Positions 1 through 8,770 of a stretch of DNA of 64,000 bases are shown in pieces. A program made the position numbers and the translations under genes. The DNA is from Bryobacteraceae bacterium. GTDB taxonomy: Bacteria > Acidobacteriota > Terriglobia > Bryobacterales > Bryobacteraceae. Where the stretch lies: assembly GCA_947458745.1 (NCBI GenBank), contig CANGYQ010000014.1, positions 61,084 through 125,083 of the forward strand. Reading direction: 5' to 3'. Each line of letters begins with the position of its first letter. Position 1 is the stretch's first letter. The notes beneath the pieces were generated by a model. It made no database searches. It had not been told where the DNA came from and saw only the letters and a program-made list of their open reading frames with translations.

Positions 1-286
1 GTTCAGTTTCCTGTTTCCGATTCCGGCCAAGTATTTTGTGATGATCCTGGGCGGCATTGCCTTTCTCTCCACGTTTGGTGCGGGCGGCTCCGGCGTTAGC
101 CATGTGGCGCACCTGGGCGGCATGTTGTTCGGCTTTGGGTATTTCCGGCTGGGGGCGGCCAAGGCTCCGGCGCGGCGGCGCGGACCCGGACTTTGGGCGC
201 AGGCGGAGCAATGGTACAAGGACTACAAGCTTCAACGCGCCAAGCGAAAGTTTGAAGTCTACCTGCGTAAGCATCGCGACGACTAG
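1..286 (+). CDS. rhomboid-family intramembrane protease, C-terminal fragment (5' end outside window)
   Basis: The reading frame is open to the window start. It has hydrophobic helices with 'VSHVAHLGGMLFGFGYF', which resembles the rhomboid TM6 catalytic-His motif (AHxGGxxxG), and a basic C-terminal tail. Motif-level call only. Confidence 0.5.
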   Translation, partial: FSFLFPIPAKYFVMILGGIAFLSTFGAGGSGVSHVAHLGGMLFGFGYFRLGAAKAPARRRGPGLWAQAEQWYKDYKLQRAKRKFEVYLRKHRDD

Positions 287-484
287 TCGCCATCGGGATC
301 GGTTCGGCAGTCCGCTTGCTGACGCGCGCGGCTCGGTACGGCCGCAGCCTTCGTTCGAAGCACTGACAGGTTTTTGTGGGCATGGTCCCGGGCCACTGTG
401 CTCACCCTTCTCCAAACCGCGCTTTTCCCGCTTCATCTTGCAACCACCGCTGCCCAGCCGGGCGTCTGATAGATTAGGGTGATT

Positions 485-1624
485 ATGAAGTCCAGGGCAT
501 TGCTGGTTCTTTGCGCGGGCGGTGTACTCGCGGCTTGTCTGGTGGGATTGATGCCCACGGCTGGTTGGGCGCAGGGCGGTCCGAAGAAAGAGTCCTCTGA
601 GACGGTGGCCCGGCCCCGCAAGAAGGATTCGGCGCAACCGGAGCCGGAGCAGACCAAGATCCCATCGAAGCTCCAGAAGAAGGATCTTCCGGCCGATCTG
701 CCCACCTTCAAGAGCGACGTCACCACGGTGACGGTTGATGTGGCCGTGCTGGACAATAAGGGCCGCTTTATCCCGGGCATCCCCAAGGGCAACTTCCGCA
801 TCCTGGAGGACAACGTTCCACAGCAGATCTCTAACTTCGGCATGGGCGAAGCGCCGATGACGGTGGCGATGGTGATCGAGTTCTCAAACCTGTTCCAGGG
901 CTATTGGACGTATGGCTGGATGGAGACCCTGCAGGCGTCTTACGGCTTTCTGGAAACGCTGAAGCCGGAAGACTACGTGGCGGTGGTGGCCTACGATTTG
1001 AGGCCGGAGATTTTGTCCGACTTTTCCACCGATAAGCGCAAAGCGATGGAAGCGATGCAGCGTCTGCGCATTGCGGCGTATTCGGAATCGAATCTATATG
1101 ATGCCCTTACCGACACGGCGGAGCGGATGTCCGAAATTGAAGGTCGCAAGGCGATCGTGGTGATTGCCAGTGGCATTGACACGTTTTCAAAGCTGACGTT
1201 CGACAAGACCCGGCGCCAGTTGCAAACGGCCGGAGTGCCGATCTATTCGATCGGCATCATGCAGTACATCCGGGAAATCATGGATGCGCGCGGCATGATG
1301 GGCTCCATTGCGCGCCTGGACTTCCTGCAGGCCGACAACCAGTTACGCACGTTCTCCAAGGAGACCGGCGGCCAGTCGTTTTTCCCCCGCTTTGCCGGCG
1401 AGTATCGGGGGATCTTTGGGGCCATCCATGAAGCCTTGCGCAACCAGTACTCGATTGGTTATCAACCCACCAATACGGAGCGCGACGGGAAGTTCCGCAA
1501 GCTGAAGGTGGAACTGGTGGCGCCCGACGGGCAACCCCTCCGCATCACCGATGAGAAGGGCAAACCGATGAAGTATACGATTGTGGCCAAGAGCGGCTAC
1601 AACGCTCCACGCGCGGTGGAATAA
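485..1624 (+). CDS. VWA domain-containing protein (VWFA-related acidobacterial type), secreted
   Basis: Signal peptide MKSRALLVLCAGGVLAACLVG. Next comes 'PTFKSDVTTVTVDVAVLDNKGRFIPGIPKGNFRILEDNVPQQISNF', the N-terminal module recognised from VWFA-related acidobacterial proteins, then an alpha/beta VWA-like region. Paralogous to 14651..16780. ATG 485 preferred over GTG 479. Confidence 0.75.
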   Translation: MKSRALLVLCAGGVLAACLVGLMPTAGWAQGGPKKESSETVARPRKKDSAQPEPEQTKIPSKLQKKDLPADLPTFKSDVTTVTVDVAVLDNKGRFIPGIPKGNFRILEDNVPQQISNFGMGEAPMTVAMVIEFSNLFQGYWTYGWMETLQASYGFLETLKPEDYVAVVAYDLRPEILSDFSTDKRKAMEAMQRLRIAAYSESNLYDALTDTAERMSEIEGRKAIVVIASGIDTFSKLTFDKTRRQLQTAGVPIYSIGIMQYIREIMDARGMMGSIARLDFLQADNQLRTFSKETGGQSFFPRFAGEYRGIFGAIHEALRNQYSIGYQPTNTERDGKFRKLKVELVAPDGQPLRITDEKGKPMKYTIVAKSGYNAPRAVE

Positions 1625-1700
1625 ATTCGCCAGACAGGCCCCGAACAGCGGCCAAAGTCAAGCGAAATAACTATCGCCCTCACAGCCCGATACGAGGCCA

Positions 1701-1730
1701 TTGACAGCTTCGTGATGTGACTGTTACCTT
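1701..1730 (+). promoter_or_regulatory. sigma70-like promoter TTGACA-N18-TACCTT (TG at -15/-14)
   Basis: TTGACA at 1701-1706, 18-nt spacer ending in TGT, TACCTT at 1725-1730. The -10 element ends 14 nt before ATG 1745. Identical architecture at 4202-4231. Confidence 0.4.
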
Positions 1731-1744
1731 CGCAGAGCTTTCTG

Positions 1745-2188
1745 ATGGACGACTCCTCCAAAAAACATACCACCACAGTATTGCTGGTGGACGATAATCA
1801 CGATGGTCTATCGGCGCGCAAGCATGTCTTGGGCGAGCTGGGCTATCGCATACTGACCGCCTCTTCAGCCAAGGCGGCTCTGGAAATATTCCCGCGGGAG
1901 GCCGTGGATCTGGTGGTCACCGACTACAAGATGCCGGACATGAGCGGGATTGAGCTGATTCAGAAACTACGTGCAGTACGGGCGGGCGTGCCCATAGTTC
2001 TAATCTCGGGATTTGTTAACGTCCTGGGTCTGGATGAGCACACGACAGGTGCGGATGTGGTGATGATGAAGAATTCGGCCGAGGTTCCGGTTCTGGTCCG
2101 GAGTGTACAGCGCTTGCTGAACCGCAAACCGCGGAAGCCGGTGGGTACACAGCGGGTTGAGTTGCGGAGCAAGAAGAAGACGGTCTAG
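1745..2188 (+). CDS. response regulator, stand-alone receiver domain
   Basis: 'VLLVDDNHDG', 'DLVVTDYKMPDMSGIELIQKLR' and 'PIVLISG' are CheY-like receiver motifs with the acceptor Asp in VVTDYKMP. No output domain. Confidence 0.85.
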   Translation: MDDSSKKHTTTVLLVDDNHDGLSARKHVLGELGYRILTASSAKAALEIFPREAVDLVVTDYKMPDMSGIELIQKLRAVRAGVPIVLISGFVNVLGLDEHTTGADVVMMKNSAEVPVLVRSVQRLLNRKPRKPVGTQRVELRSKKKTV

Positions 2189-2240
2189 CAGTTTTAAAGT
2201 GCGGTCCCTGGTGGATCGCAAAGAAAATGGTGTTCTTTTG

Positions 2241-2277
2241 ATGGGCGGCTCCCAATCCGGGGCCGCCCATTTTGCTT
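2241..2277 (+). terminator. rho-independent terminator downstream of the response regulator
   Basis: Inverted repeat ATGGGCGGC (2241-2249) / GCCGCCCAT (2262-2270) with a 12-nt loop, followed by TTTGCTT. About 50 nt after the stop codon. Confidence 0.6.
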
Positions 2278-2364
2278 GGCCGCGCTTCGTCTCGCTTTGC
2301 CCGGGGCCAGTGGGTTGGGAAAACAAGACGATGCGATGCCGGTAACGGTACAGTGGGGAGGAAG

Positions 2365-4134
2365 ATGAACGTGCTGAAACTGTTGCCGATGCTGCTGGTG
2401 TTGGCTGGGCCGGGTGGCGCTGTGTCGGCTCCGAAGAAGGCCGCGCCCGCGAAGACGGCTCAAAAGAACGCCCGGACTGGGGCCAAGGCCCAGCCGGTGC
2501 CGGGCCAGGTGCGCCAGTGGATGAACAAGTTGACGCTCCGACAGCAGGTGGCCCAACTGGTGGTCATTCGCTTTTACGGCGACGCGCCGTCATCAAAGAC
2601 CAAGGCGTATCGTGAGTTCAACCGCCTGGTGAAGCAGTCCGGGGTGGGCGGCTTGATTGTGCTGAACCGGGTGCGCAATGGCGTGGTGGTGAATGCTGAA
2701 CCCTATGCGATGGCCGCCTTTCTGAATCGCATGCAGCGGGCAGCGGCGCTGCCGCTGATTGTGGGCGGCGATTTTGAGCGGGGGGCGTCGATGCGGATGT
2801 CGGGAACGGCCAAGTTTCCTCACAACATGGCCTACGGCGCGGCGCGAGATCTGGAGGCGACGCGCTTTCTGGGGCTGCACACCGCGCGGGAGGCGCGCGC
2901 GATGGGCGTGCATTGGATCTTCACGCCGGACGCGGATGTGAACAATAACCCGGACAATCCGGTGATCGGTCTGCGGTCATTCAGCGAGGACCCCGATGAG
3001 GTGGCCAAACACGTGGTGGCCTACATTGACGGCGCACGCAGTGACCCCAAGACCCAGGTGCTGCTCTCCGTCAAGCACTTTCCCGGACATGGCGACACGG
3101 CTGTCGATAGCCACTTTGGCCTGCCGGTGATTGCCGCCGACCGGGCGCGACTGGATGCGGTGGAGCTGAAGCCGTTCCGGGCCGCCATTGCGGCTCAGGT
3201 GGATTCGGTGATGTCGTCCCATTTGCGCGTTCCGGCGCTGGAGCCGGAAGAGATTCCGGGTACGGTCTCAAAGAACATCATGACCAAGCTGCTGCAGGAG
3301 GAGCTGGGCTTTACGGGTCTGGTGACGACGGACGCGATGGACATGCAGGGGCTAACCAAGCTCTATTCCTCCGGTGAGGCGGCGGTGCGGGCGCTGGAAG
3401 CGGGTGTCGATGTCCTGTTGATCCCCTCTAACCCGGACCAGGCGATTGATGGCGTAGTGAAGGCTGTGTCGAGTGGCCGGATCTCCAAGGAACGGCTCCG
3501 GCAGAGTGTCGAGAAGGTGCTGGCGGCGAAGGTCCGCCTGGGGTTGCACAAGAAACGTTTGGTGGAACTGGAAGAGCTGTCGGAGGTTCTCGATTCTGAA
3601 GATGCGGCGGGTCAGGCGCAGCAGGTGGCGGAGCAGGCGTTGACGCTGGTCCGCAACGAGCAGAGTGCGCTGCCGCTGAAGGTGCCGGAAAAAGCCTGCC
3701 TTTACATCTTGAGCGAGAACCGCTATTCGCAGCTGGGGCGCCGGTTGATTGATGAGGTCAAGGAGCAGGCGCCCCGCCTCTATACGCAGTGGCTGGATTC
3801 CACCATGCCGGAGCCGGCCTTTGAGGAAGTGGTGAGGCGTGCCCAAAGCTGCTCCGCCGTGGTACTGGCCGCCTTCAGCCAGCAGCTTTCGGCCGCGCCC
3901 ACCCGCTTTGTGGGGCAACTCCAGCAGGGGCCCGCCCCGGTGGCGTTGATCAGCTTTGGCAACCCTTACTTGATGCGGTCGTTTCCCAGGGTGAACGCCT
4001 ATGTCGCCACTTTCTCGACGGCGCCGACGTCAGAAGCCGCGGTGGCCAAAGCGATTCTGGGTGCCATTCCCTTCCGTGGCCGATCTCCGGTGACGATTCC
4101 CAATCTGGCGGCCTATGGAGCCGGGCTGGACTAG
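2365..4134 (+). CDS. glycoside hydrolase family 3 protein (beta-N-acetylhexosaminidase/NagZ-like), secreted
   Basis: 'KHFPGHGDTAVDSHFGLPV' and 'GLVTTDAMDM' are GH3 catalytic-region motifs. Signal peptide MNVLKLLPMLLVLAGPGGAVSA starts at ATG 2365, preceded by GGGGAGGAAG. The longer track ORF (from 2272) adds no plausible N-terminus. Confidence 0.85.
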   Translation: MNVLKLLPMLLVLAGPGGAVSAPKKAAPAKTAQKNARTGAKAQPVPGQVRQWMNKLTLRQQVAQLVVIRFYGDAPSSKTKAYREFNRLVKQSGVGGLIVLNRVRNGVVVNAEPYAMAAFLNRMQRAAALPLIVGGDFERGASMRMSGTAKFPHNMAYGAARDLEATRFLGLHTAREARAMGVHWIFTPDADVNNNPDNPVIGLRSFSEDPDEVAKHVVAYIDGARSDPKTQVLLSVKHFPGHGDTAVDSHFGLPVIAADRARLDAVELKPFRAAIAAQVDSVMSSHLRVPALEPEEIPGTVSKNIMTKLLQEELGFTGLVTTDAMDMQGLTKLYSSGEAAVRALEAGVDVLLIPSNPDQAIDGVVKAVSSGRISKERLRQSVEKVLAAKVRLGLHKKRLVELEELSEVLDSEDAAGQAQQVAEQALTLVRNEQSALPLKVPEKACLYILSENRYSQLGRRLIDEVKEQAPRLYTQWLDSTMPEPAFEEVVRRAQSCSAVVLAAFSQQLSAAPTRFVGQLQQGPAPVALISFGNPYLMRSFPRVNAYVATFSTAPTSEAAVAKAILGAIPFRGRSPVTIPNLAAYGAGLD

Positions 4135-4201
4135 TCCGCTGAGTCGGGCTTTACCCTGTGTCCGACTGACCCGGGGGCTGGGTCGGCCCGGGCCAGAAGG
4201 C

Positions 4202-4231
4202 TTGACAGATGCATTAATAAATTGTTACCTT
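4202..4231 (+). promoter_or_regulatory. sigma70-like promoter TTGACA-N18-TACCTT (TG at -15/-14)
   Basis: TTGACA at 4202-4207, 18-nt AT-rich spacer ending in TGT, TACCTT at 4226-4231. Followed by a small hairpin, AGGAAG (4233-4238) / CTTCCT (4247-4252). Lies upstream of the M23 peptidase gene. Confidence 0.4.
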
Positions 4232-4300
4232 TAGGAAGCCTGGGTACTTCCTGCGGCAAGTTGGCTAGCCCACGCTGGCGTCAGCCTGGTTGAACACTTC

Positions 4301-5182
4301 GTGCAGCAGCCTTACTTCATTGTCGTCCTCGCCCATTCCCTCCACGGACGCCTGAGACGTGTGCACGTCCCTTATTCAGTCCTTTATTCGGTGATTGCGC
4401 TGGCGCTGGTGGGTGCGATCTCGGTGGTGGGCTTTGTGGGCAGCTATGGCCGCATGCTGCTGAAGGTGAGCAACTACAACGACCTCCGCACGGAAGTGAG
4501 TGCTCTGCGGACCCGTTATGACCGGCTGCGCAAAGAGTCGGAAGAGAAGAATCAGCAGCTGGCCACGTTCCAGATGTATGCACGGGAAGTCTCCACCATG
4601 TTCGGCCTGAAGCCCAAGTTGGAGGGGCCGGTGTCGATCTCAAGCGAAGGCACGTTGATGCCGACGCTGAAAGATTCCGTGGCCGAATACAGCTTTCTGC
4701 GCACGGCGACATTTGCGCAGTTGAACCGCCGGTCGAAACTGGGTCCGGTGGCGCTGCCCAGTTTGTGGCCGGTCAGTGGCCGCCTGATGTCCTTTTTCGG
4801 CAAGCGGACCGATCCGTTCTCTGGTGGCGGGGCCATTCATACCGGTGTCGATATCTCGGTGCCATCCGGCACGGCGGTGCGGGCCGCAGCTGACGGGGTG
4901 GTGACCTACGCGCAGACGTTCTCCGGGTACGGCAAGATTGTGATGCTGGATCACGGTGGTGGTTGCACCACCTATTACGCCCATTTGTCGCGCTATGAAG
5001 TGCTGCCGGGACAGGCCGTGCGGCGCGGCGATGTGATCGCCTATTCGGGCTCCACTGGTCGCACCACCTCGCCCCACTTGCACTACGAAGTCCGCATGAA
5101 TGGCATGCCGGTGAACCCGTATCAGTATCTGGCCCGGTCGGCGCTTTCATCCTCGCCCGCTAAGCGCGATTTCCCGTTCTAG
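4301..5182 (+). CDS. M23 family metallopeptidase (LytM/EnvC-like), membrane-anchored
   Basis: 'HTGVDISVPSGTAVRAAADGVV', 'GYGKIVMLDHGGGCTTYYAHLS' and 'GSTGRTTSPHLHYEVR' carry the HxxxD and HxH zinc motifs of peptidase M23. There is an N-terminal TM helix and a coiled-coil stretch. The GTG start at 4301 is uncertain. Confidence 0.85.
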   Translation: MQQPYFIVVLAHSLHGRLRRVHVPYSVLYSVIALALVGAISVVGFVGSYGRMLLKVSNYNDLRTEVSALRTRYDRLRKESEEKNQQLATFQMYAREVSTMFGLKPKLEGPVSISSEGTLMPTLKDSVAEYSFLRTATFAQLNRRSKLGPVALPSLWPVSGRLMSFFGKRTDPFSGGGAIHTGVDISVPSGTAVRAAADGVVTYAQTFSGYGKIVMLDHGGGCTTYYAHLSRYEVLPGQAVRRGDVIAYSGSTGRTTSPHLHYEVRMNGMPVNPYQYLARSALSSSPAKRDFPF

Positions 5183-5212
5183 TTTCGGGCCTCACTTCAG
5201 CAATCCCGGCCG

Positions 5213-6445
5213 CTAGCCCTCAAGCGAGTGGGTGTGTTCTTCACTCACCACCACGACGCCGTTCTCCGTGACCGTGTAGCCGCGCGAGCGGTCGGCTTCG
5301 GGATCCATGCCTAACTGAGTGCCTTCGGGCAGGACGACGCCGGTATCGATGATCGCGCGCTTAATGCGGCTGCCGCGGCCCACCCAGACGTTGGGCATCA
5401 GGATGGAATCCTCTACCTCGCAATAGCTGTTGACGCGGACGCCGGGCGATAGCAAGCTGCGGACCACGCGGCCGCCGGAAACAATGCAACCATGGGCGAC
5501 GATGGAATCGACGGCCACCCCCATGCGCTGTCCCTGCTGGCCAAAAACGAATTTGGCCGGGGGATTCAGGCTCATGTGGGTGCGGATGGGCCAGGCCCGA
5601 TCGTAGAGATTGAACTCCGGCGTTACTTTCACCAGATCCATGTTCGCTTCATAGAAAGCGTCAATGGTGCCGACGTCGCGCCAGTAGTGGGCACTCTTGC
5701 CGTTGAGGTCGCGGAAGTCATAGGCCACAACCTTGCTCCGCTGGACGAGGCGCGGGATGATGTCTTTGCCGAAATCGTGGGATGAGTGCGGGTCGTCGGC
5801 ATCTTCGAGCAATGCCTTCAGCAGAATGGGCGTGGAGAACAGGTAGACGCCCATCGAGACGGAGACTTTGTCGGCATTGAAGATACTGCGCGTGGGATGG
5901 TCATGCTTGGGCTTTTCCTCAAAGCTCCGGATGCGGTAGTCGGCATCGATGGCGGCGACTCCGAAATGGACCGCCTCGGCGGGGTCCACCTGGATGGTGG
6001 CGATAGTGAGGTCCGCTTGCTGCTGCCGGTGCCAGTTGAGCATCTCGGCGTAGTTCATCTTGTAGATGTGGTCGCCGGAAACGATCAGCGTAAACACCGG
6101 GGCTTCGGCGATGATCGATTCTATGTTCTGATAGACCGCGTCGGCGGTGCCCAGATACCAATCGGAATGGATGCGCTTCATGGGCGGCACCACTTCGATG
6201 AACTCGCCCATGGAGGAGGAGAAGATGCTCCAGCCGTCGCGGATGTGGCGCGACAGTTCCAGCGATTTGTACTGCGTCAGGACGAAGATGCGCCGGATGT
6301 TGGAGTTCACGCAATTGGAGAGCGTGAAGTCGATGATCCGGTAAATGGCGCCGAACGTAACAGCCGGTTTCGCCAGATTGCGCGTCAGGGGTGATAGCCG
6401 TTCGCCGGCCCCACCCGCCAGAAGAATCGCCAGGACGTTTTCCAT
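5213..6445 (-). CDS. glgC: glucose-1-phosphate adenylyltransferase
   Basis: 'LAILLAGGAGERLSPLTRNLAKPAVTFGAIYRIIDFTLSNCVNS' is the ADP-glucose pyrophosphorylase N-terminal signature, and the C-terminus has beta-helix repeats. Start set at MENV (6445); the 61 extra upstream codons of the track ORF are not protein-like. Confidence 0.9.
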   Translation of the reverse strand: MENVLAILLAGGAGERLSPLTRNLAKPAVTFGAIYRIIDFTLSNCVNSNIRRIFVLTQYKSLELSRHIRDGWSIFSSSMGEFIEVVPPMKRIHSDWYLGTADAVYQNIESIIAEAPVFTLIVSGDHIYKMNYAEMLNWHRQQQADLTIATIQVDPAEAVHFGVAAIDADYRIRSFEEKPKHDHPTRSIFNADKVSVSMGVYLFSTPILLKALLEDADDPHSSHDFGKDIIPRLVQRSKVVAYDFRDLNGKSAHYWRDVGTIDAFYEANMDLVKVTPEFNLYDRAWPIRTHMSLNPPAKFVFGQQGQRMGVAVDSIVAHGCIVSGGRVVRSLLSPGVRVNSYCEVEDSILMPNVWVGRGSRIKRAIIDTGVVLPEGTQLGMDPEADRSRGYTVTENGVVVVSEEHTHSLEG

Positions 6446-6484
6446 CCTTCTTGATTGTCCCAGGCTTGCAGGCCGGCGGGGCCC

Positions 6485-6514
6485 TTGCATCGCCGCGGGG
6501 AACTGGCGTATAGT
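6485..6514 (+). promoter_or_regulatory. sigma70-like promoter TTGCAT-N18-TATAGT
   Basis: TTGCAT at 6485-6490, 18-nt spacer, TATAGT at 6509-6514. Lies in the divergent glgC / DAHP-synthase spacer. The -10 element ends 9 nt before the leader-ORF ATG. Confidence 0.5.
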
Positions 6515-6523
6515 AAAAGCGCT

Positions 6524-6583
6524 ATGCGCGCCTTTTATGGCAACTCGTTTCGATTTTGGTCCTGGTATTCGCCTGGGCCCTGA
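6524..6583 (+). CDS. candidate leader peptide MRAFYGNSFRFWSWYSPGP (19 aa, 7 aromatic codons)
   Basis: Hand translation: atg cgc gcc ttt tat ggc aac tcg ttt cga ttt tgg tcc tgg tat tcg cct ggg ccc tga. It has 3 Phe, 2 Tyr and 2 Trp codons. It sits between a promoter and a terminator hairpin upstream of DAHP synthase. Too short for the ORF track. Confidence 0.5.
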   Translation: MRAFYGNSFRFWSWYSPGP

Positions 6584-6619
6584 CGAGTAGCGCATCCACC
6601 GATTCGCACTATTCCTCAA

Positions 6620-6658
6620 GCGGCCCACTCAGCAAAGAGTTGGGCCGCTTTTGTTTTT
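6620..6658 (+). terminator. intrinsic terminator in the 5' leader of the DAHP synthase gene (attenuator candidate)
   Basis: GCGGCCCA (6620-6627) / TGGGCCGC (6641-6648) with a 13-nt loop, followed by TTTTGTTTTT (6649-6658). No plus-strand gene lies upstream to terminate. It is about 40 nt before the DAHP synthase start. Confidence 0.6.
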
Positions 6659-6697
6659 GCCGGACAGATTTCTTGATCGAAGGAGTTGGGACAAATT

Positions 6698-7750
6698 ATG
6701 GTGATCTCCCTGAAGAGACATGCGACTAAAGAGCAGATCGAAGAGGTTTGCGACCGGATTCGCGATTTTGGCTACAAGATTCATGCCAGCGAAGGCGCAG
6801 AGCGCGTCATCATTGGCGCCGTTGGCGTAGGCGATGTGTCGCACTGCCTGGATTCGCTGCGCGCGATGCCTCAGGTGGAGAAGGCGGTGCGGATTTCGGC
6901 ACCCTATAAGTTTGTCAGCCTCGAATACAAGGAGAGCCCCACCGTGGTCCGCATCCCGGTTGTCCGCGGCTCTGCCATTGAGATCGGCGGCGATGATTTC
7001 ACGGTGATGGCCGGCCCGTGCTCAGTGGAGAGCGAAGCGCAGATCATGCAGTGCGCCGAGGAAGTGGCCGCGGCCGGCGCGCGCATTCTGCGTGGTGGCG
7101 CGTTTAAGCCGCGCACGTCGCCCTACGACTTTCAGGGCATGGCCGAGGAAGGCTTGAAGCTGCTGGCCAAGGCGCGCCAGCATACCGGTCTGGCGATCGT
7201 CACGGAAGTGATGTCGGACCGGGATGTGCCGCTGGTGGCGGAGTACGCCGACATCCTGCAGATTGGCGCGCGCAACATGCAGAACTTTGCACTGCTGAAG
7301 GAACTGGGCACCTGCGGGCGCCCGATTCTGCTGAAGCGGGGCTTAAGCTCGACGATCAAGGAGCTGTTGATGTCGGCCGAGTACATCGTCGCGCATGGCA
7401 ACCCGAACGTGATGTTGTGCGAGCGGGGCATCCGCACCTTTGAGACCGCGACCCGCAACACCTTCGACATCTCGGCCGTACCGGTGCTGAAGGAGTTGAC
7501 GCATCTGCCCATCATCCTCGACCCTAGCCACGCCACCGGCAAGCGGAGCCTGGTGCCGCCGCTGTGTCGCGCCGCAGTAGCAGTGGGTGCCGATGGCATC
7601 ATCATCGAGATGCATCCGCACCCGGAAAAGGCCGTCTCCGATGGTGCACAGTCACTGGACTTCAACCAGTTCAACACCATGATGCGCGACATCCAGCCGT
7701 ACGTAGCGCTGTGGCGCCAGAGCCGCGAAAGCATGCTGGCCCTGGCCTAA
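6698..7750 (+). CDS. aroF: 3-deoxy-7-phosphoheptulonate (DAHP) synthase, type I-beta with N-terminal ferredoxin-like regulatory domain
   Basis: Core motifs '[16 protein letters not shown]', '[16 protein letters not shown]', 'CERGIRTFE' and 'DPSHATG' belong to the DAHP/KDO8P synthase TIM barrel. An extra N-terminal domain of about 70 aa is present. AGGAG at 6681-6685 precedes ATG 6698. Confidence 0.85.
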   Translation: MVISLKRHATKEQIEEVCDRIRDFGYKIHASEGAERVIIGAVGVGDVSHCLDSLRAMPQVEKAVRISAPYKFVSLEYKESPTVVRIPVVRGSAIEIGGDDFTVMAGPCSVESEAQIMQCAEEVAAAGARILRGGAFKPRTSPYDFQGMAEEGLKLLAKARQHTGLAIVTEVMSDRDVPLVAEYADILQIGARNMQNFALLKELGTCGRPILLKRGLSSTIKELLMSAEYIVAHGNPNVMLCERGIRTFETATRNTFDISAVPVLKELTHLPIILDPSHATGKRSLVPPLCRAAVAVGADGIIIEMHPHPEKAVSDGAQSLDFNQFNTMMRDIQPYVALWRQSRESMLALA

Positions 7751-7825
7751 GCCCGGGCGGTGAGGGTGTGGGAAGTGGCGGGAGCCAAGGTGGGCGCAAC
7801 AGCCTGCTAAGCTACGAATAGCGTG

Positions 7826-8743
7826 ATGCGCCTTGGACCTTGGAGTCTCGCTACTTTGCTCATCCTGCTTTGCCTAGCAGTGGGCGGTGGCATTTTCTAT
7901 TTTCGGAGCGCGGACATGCCAGTCCATGAGCTGGCGCGTTACCTGCCGGCCAAAGACGCGGTCGTGATCTCGATTGACGTCAAGTCACTGCGCTCAGCGG
8001 GACTGCTGGAGGCGTTGGCGGGATCCCGTGTCACCGAGGAAGCCGACTATCGCTCCTTCGTCGATATTACTGGCTTTGACTACCGCACCGATCTGGACGC
8101 GCTCCTGTATTCCTCCAGCAACGGCAACATCTATCTGCTGGCGTCGGGCCGGTTCGATTGGAACGCCATCACCAGCTATGCCAGCGGGCAGGGCGCATCA
8201 TGCCGGTATGCTTTTTGCCGGATGCGGTCCAGCCAAGCGGGCAAGTGGCTTTCATTTTTCCCTTTGCGGTCGAACGTAGTGGGTTTTGCGGTGTCGTCGG
8301 ATGAGTTGGCGGCTTTGGAATTGCAGAAGCAATCGGATCCGCTGCCCGCCGGGGCGTTCGCCGATCAGGCCTCGATTGCCGTGCCCGCGCGGCTGTTTAA
8401 GGCCGATGCCACGGATGTGCCGGCCAGCCTATCGCCTTGGTTTAAGTTGCTGGCGGGTGCTCAGTCCGCCCGCTTTGCGATGGGGATGCGCAACGGCGAT
8501 TTTGAGATTAAGATGCGGGTGGAGTGCCCGTCAGCACAATCAAGCGCCAGCGTCGCCCAGCGATTGAACGAGGGTCTGCGGCAACTGCGCGAGGCTTCAC
8601 CGGGGCCTGAAGGAGACGCCCCGGTGACGGGTCTGCCGCTGATGCTTTCGCGCGGAGACGTCAAGCAGGAAGACCGCGCGGTGGTGGCCACCTGGTCCGT
8701 GAATCAGGGACTAGTCGAGTCTCTGCTAAGCGGCCGGATCTAG
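7826..8743 (+). CDS. hypothetical membrane-anchored protein
   Basis: N-terminal TM helix (LATLLILLCLAVGGGIFYF) and GC3-rich codon usage. No motif recognised. Confidence 0.55.
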   Translation: MRLGPWSLATLLILLCLAVGGGIFYFRSADMPVHELARYLPAKDAVVISIDVKSLRSAGLLEALAGSRVTEEADYRSFVDITGFDYRTDLDALLYSSSNGNIYLLASGRFDWNAITSYASGQGASCRYAFCRMRSSQAGKWLSFFPLRSNVVGFAVSSDELAALELQKQSDPLPAGAFADQASIAVPARLFKADATDVPASLSPWFKLLAGAQSARFAMGMRNGDFEIKMRVECPSAQSSASVAQRLNEGLRQLREASPGPEGDAPVTGLPLMLSRGDVKQEDRAVVATWSVNQGLVESLLSGRI

Positions 8744-8770
8744 GGCGAGCAGGCGGCCCGAGCGACACTC

